DNA of 63,323 bases, counting the filler, from Octopus bimaculoides (lineage: Eukaryota): the NCBI RefSeq assembly GCF_001194135.2. It is 4 parts of 4 records of this genome, joined end to end, with 100 filler letters (N's around TTAATTAATTAA, not from the genome) between each part and the next. Parts side by side here need not be neighbours in the genome. Positions count along the whole stretch, not along the records: positions 16,507 to 30,838 come from NC_068982.1; positions 30,939 to 62,027 come from NC_068995.1; 2 more parts are not named here. The stretch is one strand, 5' to 3'. A program made the translations under genes and the position numbers. Shown here piece by piece: positions 26,131-38,820 of the stretch; positions within the stretch are counted from its first letter, which is position 1, and the number at the start of each line of letters is the position of its first letter. The notes under the pieces were generated by a model. That model did not search any database, was not told the origin of the DNA, and worked only from the letters and a program-made list of their open reading frames with translations.

Positions 26131-26789
26131 GCGCTGACATNNNNNNNNNNNNNNNNNNNNNNNNNNNNNNNNNNNNNNNNNNNNNNNNNNNNNNNNNNNN
26201 NNNNNNNNNNNNNNNNNNNNNNNNNNNNNNNNNNNNNNNNNNNNNNNNNNNNNNNNNNNNNNNNNNNNNNNNNNNNNNNNNNNNNNNNNNNNNNNNNNNN
26301 NNNNNNNNNNNNNNNNNNNNNNNNNNNNNNNNNNNNNNNNNNNNNNNNNNNNNNNNNNNNNNNNNNNNNNNNNNNNNNNNNNNNNNNNNNNNNNNNNNNN
26401 NNNNNNNNNNNNNNNNNNNNNNNNNNNNNNNNNNNNNNNNNNNNNNNNNNNNNNNNNNNNNNNNNNNNNNNNNNNNNNNNNNNNNNNNNNNNNNNNNNNN
26501 NNNNNNNNNNNNNNNNNNNNNNNNNNNNNNNNNNNNNNNNNNNNNNNNNNNNNNNNNNNNNNNNNNNNNNNNNNNNNNNNNNNNNNNNNNNNNNNNNNAT
26601 ATATATATATATATACATATATACGACAGGCTCCTTTCAGTTTCCGTCCACCAAATCCACTCACAAGGCTTTGGTCGGCCCGAGGCTATAGTAGAAGACA
26701 TGTGTGCAAGGTGCTATGCAGTGGGAATGAACCCGGAACCATGTGGTTGGTAAGCAAACTACTTACCACACAGCCACTCCTGCGCCTTA

Positions 26790-26955
26790 GAAAGTTGTGG
26801 TGAAAGAGTACAGCAGGGTTCTCCACCACTCCCTACCGGAGCCTTGTGCAGCTTTAGATGTTTTCGCTCAATAAACACTCACAACACTTGGTCTGGGAAT
26901 CGAAACTGCCATCCTATGACTGCGAGTCCACTACTCTAACCACTGGGCCATTGCC
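26790..26955 (-). mobile_element. tRNA-derived SINE fragment (same family as 40842-41142)
   Basis: Shares ccctaccggagcct..gatgttttcgctcaataaacac..ctgggaatcgaaac..taaccactgggccattg with the copy at 40842-41142. Confidence 0.75.
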
Positions 26956-27284
26956 CAATCTGAACAGATCAGTCTAATTGGCTTAAAACCAACTTTACTC
27001 TGATGAGATTCCATATAGTCTCCGCCATCTAAATTCTAACCACAAGGCTTTGGTCAGTCTGAAACTGTGGTAGAAGACATGCCCAAGATGTCATGTAGTG
27101 AGACTGAATTTGAAACCATGTAATTGCAAAGCAAACATTTTAATCACAGACAACTCTGTGGCAGTAGTGAATGTAACAACAACAGATTAAAGGTTGGGTT
27201 TAAAGGCAAGAAAGAGGTGAAGAGTGTTATATATGATGTAATTGTTTAAGATAATAGTGGTGTTGGCACATACCCATTAAGGCT

Positions 27285-27299
27285 GCTTTATCTTTGCAG
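27285..27299 (+). promoter_or_regulatory. Splice acceptor of a 5'-UTR intron upstream of the DNAL4-like CDS
   Basis: gctttatctttgcag ends at 27299, 74 nt before the ATG. Confidence 0.55.
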
Positions 27300-27373
27300 T
27301 TTAGAAGTATTTCCAGTATTGCCTTGGAGAAATGAAAGACAAATAAACTTTGAAATACGTATGTGAAGTACAA

Positions 27374-27688
27374 ATGGCTGAAACAACTGAAAAGAAGGAA
27401 GCTGAACAGAAAGCTGCTCTCCCAGGGTATGCTCTTGTCAAATATTCAGACATGGTCCCGGAAATGAAAACAGAAACACTGGAACTTGTCATTGTTGCCT
27501 GTGAGAAGTTTGTAGACAATAATGAATTGGCTGCTCGATCAATTAAAGAAGCCATGGATAAAAAATTCAAGGGACGTTGGCATGTAGTTGTTGGTGAAGG
27601 ATTTGGTTTTGAAATAACATATGAACTACACAAATTATTGTATCTGTTCTTTGGAGGTAACTTAGCCATTTTAATTTGGAATATGTAA
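27374..27688 (+). CDS. DNAL4: Dynein light chain 4, axonemal-like (LC8/DLC fold), 104 aa, CDS in a single exon
   Basis: MAETTEKKE..SDMVPEMKTETLELVIVACEKFVDNNELAARSIKEAMDKKF..WHVVVGEGFGFEITYE...LLYLFFGGNLAILIW aligns end to end with DNAL4 (ACEKF.NNNE.AAKMIKETMDKKFG..WHVVIGEGFGFEITHE..NLLYLYFGG). The ORF is intact. An AATAAA lies at 28038-28043. Confidence 0.92.
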   Translation: MAETTEKKEAEQKAALPGYALVKYSDMVPEMKTETLELVIVACEKFVDNNELAARSIKEAMDKKFKGRWHVVVGEGFGFEITYELHKLLYLFFGGNLAILIWNM

Positions 27689-28479
27689 CCAATGTTACTG
27701 GGATAGAATTCTTAATTATTCATACTTGGTTATGCTTTCCTGGCTTTTAAGAACTATCATAATTTTTGAAAATAATAATATTTAACAATATATATATATA
27801 TGTTACACATTCCAAATATGTTTTTCTCCTCTATCCCATTCCTTTATCATATTTGTGTTCTCTCTTTGGAGCATACACACACACACACACACACACACGT
27901 ATATATATGTTCCAAAGAAAGAACATGAATATACCACTGAAGGTGGGGAGAGAAAAACATACAAAACTATTTCAGTTATATTAATTCTTCATTTTATATG
28001 TTTGATTTTTTCAAAAACTTAATTTAACTGAAAATTTAATAAAATATTAAATAATTTAAAAGCCATTCGCAAAATCTAAATTACTACTACTTACCGAGTC
28101 TTCAATATATCTATTTAAACCTATCCCTATGAAAAATGGTATTTTTTCTTGCAGTTATTGCTTCTTGTTTTCCTTTTATGATTATTACCTTGTGTCTTTT
28201 AACAGACCTGGTGCTTAAGCATCAAGATTACTGTGTCAAATGTAATATTTATTTTTATTCAAGGTGGCAAACTGGCAGAATCATTAGCATGTTGAGTAAA
28301 ATGCTTAGCAGTATTTTGTCCATCTTTATGTTCTGCGTTCAAATTCTACTGAGTCAACTTTGCCTTTCATCCATTCGAGATCAATTAAATAAGTACCACT
28401 TGAACACTGGGATCAAATTAATCAACTTATCCCTTCCCTGAAATTGCTGGCCTTATGCCAAAATTTGTGAGGGCATTGA

Positions 28480-28760
28480 GGATGATACCAAACAAGTAAG
28501 GAGTTGATGATAGAAAGCAGCACAGGGAGGGGAGAGAAAGCACAGAAAGGGGGTGATTGGTGAAGACTGTAGGCTGGGAAAGAAGGTAATTGGGTGGGTG
28601 GGGGAATAAAGGTAACTGGGATAGCCAGAGGTGCAGGTGTAGTGTGTGCCTATTCTGTGCTCTCGGGTAATAGAAGTGATAGGTGTTAGGGGATGGAATA
28701 TAGGTGGTGGGAGGAAGTTGACAAAGCAGAGCTCCTCGTGGACAAGCACTACCAAATTGG
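28480..28760 (-). mobile_element. Highly degraded Penelope-like linker/GIY-YIG remnant
   Basis: Minus-strand LVH...PITSITREHRIGTHYTCTS resembles LVH...TTLLTG..YHITDFFTCAYS of the 14.7-kb copy. Confidence 0.35.
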
Positions 28761-28869
28761 TTTTAGGATATCAATTCTGTTGTAGTGGGGGAGTCTTCTT
28801 GAATACGACAATGCAACATATATCTTGATCTTTGTCATCTTCTTCATAAGTCTCAGCATTTTGAAACTG

Positions 28870-29180
28870 GCCTTCAATACTTCACCCCATGTTTTCCAGG
28901 ATCTCTCTCTCTTCCACAAGTTTCATCCACTTTAAGTGATTGACATGTTTTTATGCACCATATGACCAAACCAGCACAGTTTTCTTTCTTGTACACTGCA
29001 TTTAATTTCTCTCATACCTAACTTTTCTCTCAATACATTAGCACTCTGTCGCACATGCACACTGACATTGCACATCCAGTAGAGCACACCTGATTCATTC
29101 CTCTCTAGTCTTCACATGTCTTCTGCATTCAAGGTCTAAATCTCACTACCATGTAGCATTGCATTTCATACACATACATC
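28870..29180 (-). mobile_element. RTE-clade LINE RT C-terminal fragment
   Basis: Minus-strand AMLHGSE..TLNAEDM*RLERNE..WMCNV..LREKLG..SVQERKLCWFGHM, a typical RTE 3' ORF end. Confidence 0.7.
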
Positions 29181-30644
29181 ATAAAATTAATTAAAATTTC
29201 AAGAAATTTTAATTAATTATAATAATTACACCTTTAGTGATGAGAAAAATAAGTTCTTAATGACTAATTTAGATCAACAAAGCCAGGGAAGTTAACTCCC
29301 AGAATTTGAACTAATAATTCTTTCTAATTTTTGCACAAGACCAGCAATTTTAGGGGAGGGGTTAGTGAATTACATTGACCCCCAGTGTTTGACTGGTACT
29401 TATTCATCTGTTTTCCAATCAAGATAATATTTTCCTAGAGCCAAACATTTTCTGACAGAATATTAGAACTGAATGTCAGTGACACTCATTTACAGCTGTC
29501 ACACAATGTTAAGACAAAGACACACACACATACACAGATGCAACAGGCTTCTTACTACCAAATCTACTCACAAAGTTTTGGTTGCCCTGGGGCTGTAGCA
29601 GAAAATACCTTCCCCAAAGAGTTATGCTGTGGGACTGAACCTGAAACCATGTGGTTGGAAAGTAAACATCTTAACCACATAGCCACACCTGTGCCTAATA
29701 TTCTGTTCAGTTTTATATAGAGAATGTAGGAGAGTATTGTAGTTCGCTTGAAGCATTGTGTATTGTTTGTAAAGAATAAAAAGTTTTGAATGGTACAACA
29801 ATGCACTATAATACANNNNNNNNNNTAAAAAGTTTTGAATGGTACAACAATGCACTATAATACAAAAACTGGACTATATACCTGTTGTAATTTAGTTATC
29901 TATAGTCCGATGATATTTTATTCTTTACACAGAGAATGTAGTATATTTAAGATTTCAAGATATCTTCATTTCTGTTCTATGCCGAGATTCTATCATGAGT
30001 TAACTTCACCTTTCAATCTGACCTTCCAATGAGAGGGAGTCTACAGCCATTTGTCTGACTTGCTAGAAATAGCAACTGAATTCCCTCAAATCACACAATC
30101 TCACTTTTACTAAGAAAGAACACATTGGACAGTGTTGTAGATAAACGAAAAGATAGGATGGTCACAGCTGGAATGCTGTTCATCAAACGTCTAATATGGG
30201 ACTAAACAACAACTTGAGCTCTTCATAAAGTATGTACCAGAAATAATGTTAAATCCATTCAATCAAGTCTTTCCTACAAATTTCTTGACTTATACCAAAG
30301 GTAATTATCAATCAGCATCTTTGTTGTTAATGACTCAATGTGAAGACATTCTATGGTTATTTATTTACATCCATCCAGATAAAAATTTTTTGAATTTTGG
30401 TGGCAGTAAATATAAATTGCAGTTACACCTTGTGTGTGGTAATCACAAATATTTGAATGTGTCTTTAGACACTTTCTTTCAATTTATTTACTCAATATTC
30501 TTTGAATAGTACAAATAAGGGGATGGAATGCCTTTTTAAATGTAAATTGTAATTCAGTGGTTCTTAACCATTGTTTTTCTAGCAGTCCCCTTTTAAGTAG
30601 TTGTTAGTCTTAGCACCCACCTAAGTGGCAAGTGAGATATGACA

Positions 30645-30838
30645 ACTTCATCATCATCATCATCGTTTAACGTCCGCTTTCCATGCTAGCATGGGTTGGA
30701 CGATTTGACTGAGGACTGGTGAAACCGGATGGCAACACCAGGCTCCAATCTAATTTGGCAGAGTTTCTACAGCTGGATGCCCTTCCTAACGCCAACCACT
30801 CAGAGAGTGTAGTGGGTGCTTTTACGTGTCACCCGCAC
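30645..30838 (-). mobile_element. 3' tail of an abundant retroposon (RTE-associated) with (ATG)n end
   Basis: (cat)n followed by gtttaacgtccgctttccatgctagcatggg..ctggatgcccttcctaacgccaacc. Truncated by a gap. Confidence 0.55.
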
Positions 30839-32142
30839 NNNNNNNNNNNNNNNNNNNNNNNNNNNNNNNNNNNNNNNNNNNNTTAATTAATTAANNNNNN
30901 NNNNNNNNNNNNNNNNNNNNNNNNNNNNNNNNNNNNNNAAAAAAAACACATTACAACATAAGTCCTGCCACTTCGCAGATTTTCGTTGTAGCATTTGTTT
31001 GCAGTAAATATTTCTTCACGTTAACTTTCGACCTTATCAAAGTAAAGCTTTAGTACAGATAACAGCTTGGAGATGATTAATGATTAATAGCGAAAATAAT
31101 CGCAGTGTTTAATCATTTATCCGTGTTGATAAATGCTTTTCCATGTGAAGAATACGACTGGCTCCATCATTATAAAATACCCTCATATATTTGTAAGGAA
31201 TGCGCACTTTTAACTTCATCCAAATATTAATCTTTATTATTGAAAATCATGTCAACAATTGATTGAGTTAAATGTTAAGTTAAATAACAATTTCTTATCA
31301 GTTTTTACAGCTTTCTGTTCATTTATTTTCACGTGTTTTGTTTCCAATGTTATTGTTTTCCGTTTCTTTGTATAATCAATAGTTGTCATCGTTTCGTGTT
31401 GGCATTTTCAAAGGGTGAATGAATTCAAAAGTTTTAAGACAAAAGACTAGCGAAAATCAAGTGAGCGCAGCATGCACGCATGCTAACATGCAAAGCCACC
31501 GAATAACTGAATGAACGAGAAGACAAACATTCACACGCAATTTATCGATGCGCATTGCGGTAATTGATATTTTAAAGCAATCATTAGCAATGTTTAGCAT
31601 TTATTTGGAGCAATTAACTCTAAATTTTTATTTTTATGATTAAAAACAATGCAGATCGCTAAGCGAGATATCGGTGTGTTTGTGTGTGCACACACCTATG
31701 CATACATACATACGTACGTCTGTGTGTGTCTGTTTATGTGTGCATGTGTGTGCCTCTGTGTGTGTGTGTGTGTGTGTGTGTTTGTGTTTGTGTTTGTGTT
31801 TGTGTTTGTGTGTGTGTGTGTGTGCACAATTCAATACACTCCCAATACAGAATATTACATTCTTCTATTCAAGACACTGAATTTATAATCTACGTAAGTC
31901 ATTCCTTTATACCTTTACAGGTCGTCGAGACCAANNNNNNNNNNNNNNNNNNNNNNNNNNNNNNNNNNNNNNNNNNNNNNNNNNNNTGTGTGTGTGTGTG
32001 TGTGCACAATTCAATACACTCCCAATACAGAATATTACATTCTTCTATTCAAGACACTGAATTTATAATCTACGTAAGTCATTCCTTCATACCTTTACAG
32101 GTCGTCGAGACCAAAATATATCCTTATAAGAACATAACACAA

Positions 32143-32185
<43 letters not shown>

Positions 32186-32627
32186 GTACACACAGACATA
32201 TATACAATATATGTATATATATGCACACACACACACACATATATATATATTATACACATATGCACACACACACACACATATATATATTACACACATACTC
32301 CATATCACACAGACAAAAAAGAAAAGGTATCTCTATAGTTTACAAATGGCTATTTGCATACTACCTCCATCTAAACATACACAACAGACACATCGCCTCA
32401 GATATTTTCACTCATATTATGTCTTACTTCTTCCGGCCCCGCACTATCTCCAGATCCTCCTCTCCAGTACACCAACCCACTGGAATCTTCTTCCTGTTGC
32501 ACATTTGTCTTTCAGACAACAATCTACTGGTGTTCGAACTAAACATTAACTATGTCATTCCCATCAGTGATGGAAAGCTTGTGGAGATTATAAGCACACT
32601 CGCTCCCTCTTGATGAAAATATAAATA

Positions 32628-33008
32628 TGTTATATCGCAATACTGCACAGTGGTTGTGTGAGCCGCGAATCTTCGTCGCCACTGTTATATCGCACGTTCG
32701 GATGACCTCTACTCAACTCTCACTTCCGGCGACTCGACTCTACCGAACTCAACGTCTCGTCTGCTGACGTCTCCGTTTCGTCTGCTGACGTCTCCGTCTC
32801 GTCTGCTGACGTCTCCGTCTCGTCTGCTGACGTCTCAGTCTCGTCTACTGACGGCCACGTCTCGTCTGCTGACGTCTCCGTCTCGTCTGCTGACGGCTCC
32901 GTCTCGCTCTCCCGCTCGTGCCGCTTTTCGTCTAGCTATTTATACGTATTGGACTAGCAATTTATGAATTCATGTGTAAATTTAATTGCTGGTCAACAGT
33001 TTGTAACA
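32628..33008 (-). mobile_element. LTR-retrotransposon remnant (LTR, tRNA-Ser(GCU)-type PBS, repeated LTR terminus)
   Basis: On the minus strand: CCAAT (32948-32952), TATAAATA (32937-32944), LTR end ..gcgatatAACA at 32683, then TGGCGACGAAGAT (12/13 to the tRNA-Ser PBS TGGCGACGAGGAT). The 12-bp terminus recurs at 32628. The distal boundary (TGTTA at 33008) is tentative. Confidence 0.6.
32753..32899. repeat. 7 x 21-bp tandem repeat cgtctcgtctgctgacgtctc
   Basis: Seven consecutive units read directly. Five contain TGACGTC and two contain TGACGG. Confidence 0.95.
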
Positions 33009-33807
33009 AGTAATTTCATTGAACTGTAACTTTTCTGCGTATCATAAACGTGTATCAAATTAACATTTTTAATATTTATTTAGTTTATATTTTGATTGAT
33101 TAGTCGTATTAATTTCACTACTAATTATCTAAATTACGATGATATTTACGGAAAAAATATCAATAATTTCACTGGTTATCCACGCTATGATGATATATAC
33201 GATCACACATCATAGAAGGTGAAGCTTTGGTGCGACGTTTTTAATCGGCAGAAGGAAAGAGGAAACATTTTAATTAAATTCAAATTAACAGATATCTATC
33301 AACTATTTTCCTCAGCCAACAGCAGGGTTTCGATTTTAAAACAGAAATAGATTCATCCTACTCTATCAACGTAGCTAATAGGGGGGAAAAACAAAACAAA
33401 AAGAAAACTTGGTTTGTATTCAATAAAATTACTTATCCGATAAATTAAACAAATTCTTAAATCATACCCTATCATGTGATATATTTTGTTTTATTAACTG
33501 AGATTAATATCATGATAACAGTGTAATATTTTTATCAGATTAACAACATATTAAATATAAATTTTAATACGCATTTCTTCATCGATATATTTCTTCCATA
33601 AATTGAATTGCAATTTAAATATATTTAAATTGTCTCTTTCCTCATATATCTTTAATACCGGCTGAGGCATTTATTCCTCCTTTATTTTTATTCATTTTTT
33701 ATTTTTTGCCTAATATGACTGTTAACATCTTGATTATCTAGATTAATAATTACCTTATTGATTTATTTATATAACCTTCATGAACTTTCGTCAAGGTGAT
33801 ATTTTTC

Positions 33808-33845
<38 letters not shown>

Positions 33846-33939
33846 CACACAAACATACACAAATGGCTGNNNNNNNNNNTACACACAAACATACACAAAT
33901 GGCTGGGTGTTACAAGTAGGTGAAAGACACTGTGAAAGA

Positions 33940-34215
33940 AACAAAAGCTCGTGTATTATGGCTATATTCGAAGGGACAGAGGTCTGGGAAACATTGTCAT
34001 GGAAAGGAGAGTAGAGGGTAGGGGATCAAGAGGCAAGCAAAGAACGCAATTGATGGATAATATCACGAGCTCTTTGGATAAGTTTGGCAAGATAGCTGGA
34101 GAAATGGCGCTTAATCAGAAAGACTTTCGTTGTACTGTCATCAATGCGCTGCAGGCGCGCGATTTATGACGACGATGACGACACGACGACGACGACGACA
34201 ACACGACGACAACAA
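33940..34215 (+). mobile_element. RTE-clade LINE 3' end with (GAC)n-like tail
   Basis: GYIRRDRGLGNIVMERRVEGRGSRGKQRTQLMDNI matches the RTE C-terminal motif GH..R...GKVEG.R.RGRP..W.D. A trinucleotide tail follows. Confidence 0.7.
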
Positions 34216-35069
34216 CTTCAAATTTGCTTTTAATTGTAAGGTATTTTTCTTATCCTGGCATGATTTACGGAATGACTGGCAAAGTAGCTTTCTCTTTTTC
34301 TAAAGTACTTTTACTCCATCTCCTGTGTAAGACTATATTCCGTTCAATTCTCTGTACACCAACAAAGACTCACAATAATTATGTAAGAGTTGGTTATTTA
34401 TGCGTCTGTTTTTCTTTCGACTTCCCGTTTTTATTTACATTTATGAGGGTGAATTGATTATGTTCGCCAACGATACTGCACCACAATCAGCAGTGTTTTG
34501 ATTGATTCCATTAACGATCAGGATTGAAAAAAAAAAATGCTTTCCCGGTAGATCTTATTTACTGACAATAGTCCTGACATTGTTCATACATATGTGCATG
34601 TGTGTGCGGTGTGTGTGATTATGTAGATGTGTGATTATGTAGATGTGTATTATATATGTATATTTGGATATTAATAAAAAAAACACACACACACGTAAAC
34701 AGACAGTGGGAGTCCCAGTAAAAAATTTATTCGTGTATAGAGGCATATGTAGCATACACCTGTGTTTATAGGCATATGCACACACACTCTCACACATAAA
34801 CACACACACACGTGCACATATATATATATATACATATATACGTATTTAGGTATCTATGTATGTATGTGTATAACTATATTTATTTTTCCAGATACTTAAA
34901 GATAAGAAAGAAGACAACTCTGACGAGAATAATTTATTGCAGGTATTTGTTTGCTTCGTTGTTTCACCAATACAGAAAGTGCTTTGACTGGTATTTGAAA
35001 GAAATGCAAAGAAAATCTCCGAGCACCGATATTAAAGCAACAGATATGATGCCATAATATATATCTGTA

Positions 35070-35323
35070 TATAAAGTGCATTCCAGAAGTTTTTAGACCT
35101 TTCTCAGTAGACATTTATTAGTTCCAAAGAAGTTCAAATCTCTAGTTTCCTTCAAAGTAGAATCCTTTGGTTTTCAGTGCACTTGTGGCGCTCCAGCCAC
35201 ACCGTGAAGGTGTCATGGAAGTCCTTTAAAGTGAAGGCTTCCAGGACCATTATTATAGTCTTCTTCATCTTCTCGATGTCATCAAAACGATTGCCATTGA
35301 GGTTTTCTTTCAGTTTAAAAAAA
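35070..35323 (-). mobile_element. mariner transposase C-terminal fragment
   Basis: Minus-strand FFKLKENLNGNRFDDIEKMK..DFHDTFTVWLERHKC. The rest lies in a gap. Confidence 0.72.
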
Positions 35324-36332
35324 NNNNNNNNNNNNNNNNNNNNNNNNNNNNNNNNNNNNNNNNNNNNNNNNNNNNNNNNNNNNNNNNNNNNNNNNNNNNN
35401 NNNNNNNNNNNNNNNNNNNNNNNNNNNNNNNNNNNNNNNNNNNNNNNNNNNNNNNNNNNNNNNNNNNNNNNNNNNNNNNNNNNNNNNNNNNNNNNNNNNN
35501 NNNNNNNNNNNNNNNNNNNNNNNNNNNNNNNNNNNNNNNNNNNNNNNNNNNNNNNNNNNNNNNNNNNNNNNNNNNNNNNNNNNNNNNNNNNNNNNNNNNN
35601 NNNNNNNNNNNNNNNNNNNNNNNNNNNNNNNNNNNNNNNNNNNNNNNNNNNNNNNNNNNNNNNNNNNNNNNNNNNNNNNNNNNNNNNNNNNNNNNNNNNN
35701 NNNNNNNNNNNNNNNNNNNNNNNNNNNNNNNNNNNNNNNNNNNNNNNNNNNNNNNNNNNNNNNNNNNNNNNNNNNNNNNNNNNNNNNNNNNNNNNNNNNN
35801 NNNNNNNNNNNNNNNNNNNNNNNNNNNNNNNNNNNNNNNNNNNNNNNNNNNNNNNNNNNNNNNNNNNNNNNNNNNNNNNNNNNNNNNNNNNNNNNNNNNN
35901 NNNNNNNNNNNNNNNNNNNNNNNNNNNNNNNNNNNNNNNNNNNNNNNNNNNNNNNNNNNNNNNNNNNNNNNNNNNNNNNNNNNNNNNNNNNNNNNNNNNN
36001 NNNNNNNNNNNNNNNNNNNNNNNNNNNNNNNNNNNNNNNNNNNNNNNNNNNNNNNNNNNNNNNNNNNNNNNNNNNNNNNNNNNNNNNNNNNNNNNNNNNN
36101 NNNNNNNNNNNNNNNNNNNNNNNNNNNNNNNNNNNNNNNNNNNNNNNNNNNNNNNNNNNNNNNNNNNNNNNNNNNNNNNNNNNNNNNNNNNNNNNNNNNN
36201 NNNNNNNNNNNNNNNNNNNNNNNNNNNNNNNNNNNNNNNNNNNNNNNNNNNNNNNNNNCCACACTTAAGTGGCAATATACTACACTTTATCGTGCAGTTA
36301 CTGTTAATACTTCATTTAGAGAATTAACATTG

Positions 36333-36376
<44 letters not shown>

Positions 36377-37275
36377 CGATGAGCTTCTTTGAGTTTTCTA
36401 CCAAAGCCACTCACAATGATTTGATCGGCCCGAAGCTGCAGTACAAGACATTTGCCCAAGGTGCCACGCAGTGGACCGAACCCGGGACCATGTGGTTCGG
36501 ATGTAAGCTTCTTACCACACAGCTACACCAAGTTATATTCAATCTAAAGTAGCAATAAGGAAGAGTGGTAACGTTGCTCGGTGTCTTCTAAATCTAAACG
36601 AAAAAAAATAAAACACATGTAAAGCAAGCAAAATGGAAATGTGTTGGTGATATTTCATATCAGGTCACAAGCGATTTGAGGGAAGGGTTTAGCGATATCT
36701 GTGAAAACTTTATTGCTACTGGGAACTGTTTTGGCAAGGAGTTTGACGACGAGAACGACAACAACAACAACAATTAAAACAACAGCGATAAGAACACTGA
36801 TATTTTGACGAGCGAGATTGTTAGTGGAGTTAAAAGCAGTTTTGTTGACATTATATGACAAAGGAAATTATATGACATTTATTAGAGCAAAGCTGGAAAA
36901 CTACTCTTAGAAGCAGCGTGTCGCAAAAGTGGGTGTTTGCTTGCTTGTGGATATTGTCCCCAAATAGGCAAAGAGAAAAAAAAAAGACATACATCTGCCA
37001 GAGGAAAGACAATAGAATTCGGTGTGGCTTCAAACGATCAATTAAAAGAAGCTCTGTATGATGCATGGAAAGCTATGTCCAGCTACGATCTGCGTATGCT
37101 TTGTTTTCAGACCTGAGGAAAAACCAAAGTAATAAGCAGGGATTGTCAGATATAAACCAGCCGATAGGCTCATATCGCAATACAAGGCTGAAAAGTGAAA
37201 TATTTATTTATTTATTCTGCTCGTTAAATTCGTATCAATTCATAATTCCTTTGGCTATTGTTGACGTCGTTTTCT

Positions 37276-37289
<14 letters not shown>

Positions 37290-37324
<35 letters not shown>

Positions 37325-38820
37325 GCTATTATTGTGATAATTTTTTTCACCATCTCCACGATCACCACAACCACTACCCGACTTACTCTTTTCTTCCTCC
37401 TACTCGTCATCATCAGCAGCAGCAGCACCACCACCAATAACGCCATCAGCAACAACTACAACCACAACAGTAGCGGCGCCGCTGCCACCACCACCACCAC
37501 CACCACCACCGCCAATATCATCTGCATTCACTTCCATGTCCTCATCATTATTATTACTAGTTCTGAGTTAAAATTCCACCGAGGTGGACTTTACCTTCCA
37601 TCCTTTCGGGGTCGATAAATTAAGTACCATTTGCATACTGAGGCTGATCTAATCGACTTACCCCCTCCCCCCAAATTTCAGGCCTTGTGCCTATACTNNN
37701 NNNNNNNNNNNNNNNNNNNNNNNNNNNNNNNNNNNNNNNNATTGTTCATTTTATAATATTAATAATAATAATAATGATAATAATAATCCTTTCTGTTATG
37801 AGCACAAGGCCTGAAATTTGGGGGGAGGGGGTCAGTCGATTAGATTGGCCCCAGTACGCAATTGGTACTTGATTTATCAACCCCGAAAGGATGAAAGGCA
37901 TAGGCGATCTCAGCGAAATTTGAACTCTGGATGAAGCGATGGGCGAAATACCGCTAAGCTTTTCGCCCAATGTGCAAACGCTTCTGCCAGCTCGTCGCCT
38001 TAATAATAATAATAATAATAATAGTAATGATGATGATGATGGTAATGAAGATGATGATGATGATCATAATGATAATCCTCATCATCATCACCACCAGTTT
38101 ATCCTTGTACTGTCGTCCATCCGTCGACCTTGTGACTGCAATGAAAAGAAAAGCGAATAACAATTATTATTACATAAAAATTACGTCTCCTGGCTTTGGA
38201 CGTACTTTGAAGGAAACTTAATAACATGAAACAACAACAGCAACAAAGCTATGACAGCGAGAATAGAGATAGCAGCGATACAATGACAACACAGTAATGT
38301 CAACAACAACAGCAAAAGAATTAAAGACAACAACATAGGTAATATAGCAACGGCAGCAATTTCAACAACAACAGTATTACTAATAATAGTAATAATAATA
38401 TTAGCCAATATAATAATAAATATCTACAGCATCAGCATCAGCGGTCATTACAACAACAGTAACAAGTTTAGGATAATGAACAGCTGCTGCAGCAGCAGTA
38501 ACAACATCAGCAACGGGAGCAGCAGCAACAACAACAATGACATCAGGAGTTTCAGCAGCAACAACAATAATATCGACTATACCAGCAGCAGTAATGAAGT
38601 AGTAGGAAGAGGATGATGACGACAATGATGATGATGAAAGAAACATAGATAGAGAAAAAGAAACGAGGAAGGATGAAGAAGGACAAAGAAGTTGAAGAAG
38701 AGGAAGAAGTTGAAGAGGAAGAAGTTGAAGAAGTGGAAGAGGAAGTGGAAGAAGAAAAAGAGGAAGAATAAGAGGAGGAGGAGCAGAAGGAGGAGGGTGG
38801 TGGTGGAAAGGGAAGTGATC
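37290..38820. repeat. Trinucleotide low-complexity field (ATT, CAC, GAT, AAC, GCA, GAA) with embedded SINE pieces
   Basis: Successive imperfect trinucleotide arrays. SINE fragments lie at about 37560-37700 (+) and 37795-37990 (-). Confidence 0.85.

Noticed and set aside
29775-29875. Short direct repeats across about 10-N gaps (also 33840-33905, 57290-57715, 60215-60345)
   Set aside because: They are unmerged contig overlaps, an assembly artefact.
31800-32115. Near-identical 130-bp direct repeat with a GTAAGT..TTTACAG mini-intron look
   Set aside because: The copies sit on either side of a gap, consistent with overlapping contig ends or haplotypes. The 27-nt putative intron is too short to be credible.
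32753-32899. Regular repeats as a possible CRISPR array (also 59281-60518)
   Set aside because: The units are directly tandem without unique spacers, the context is eukaryotic, and there are no cas genes.
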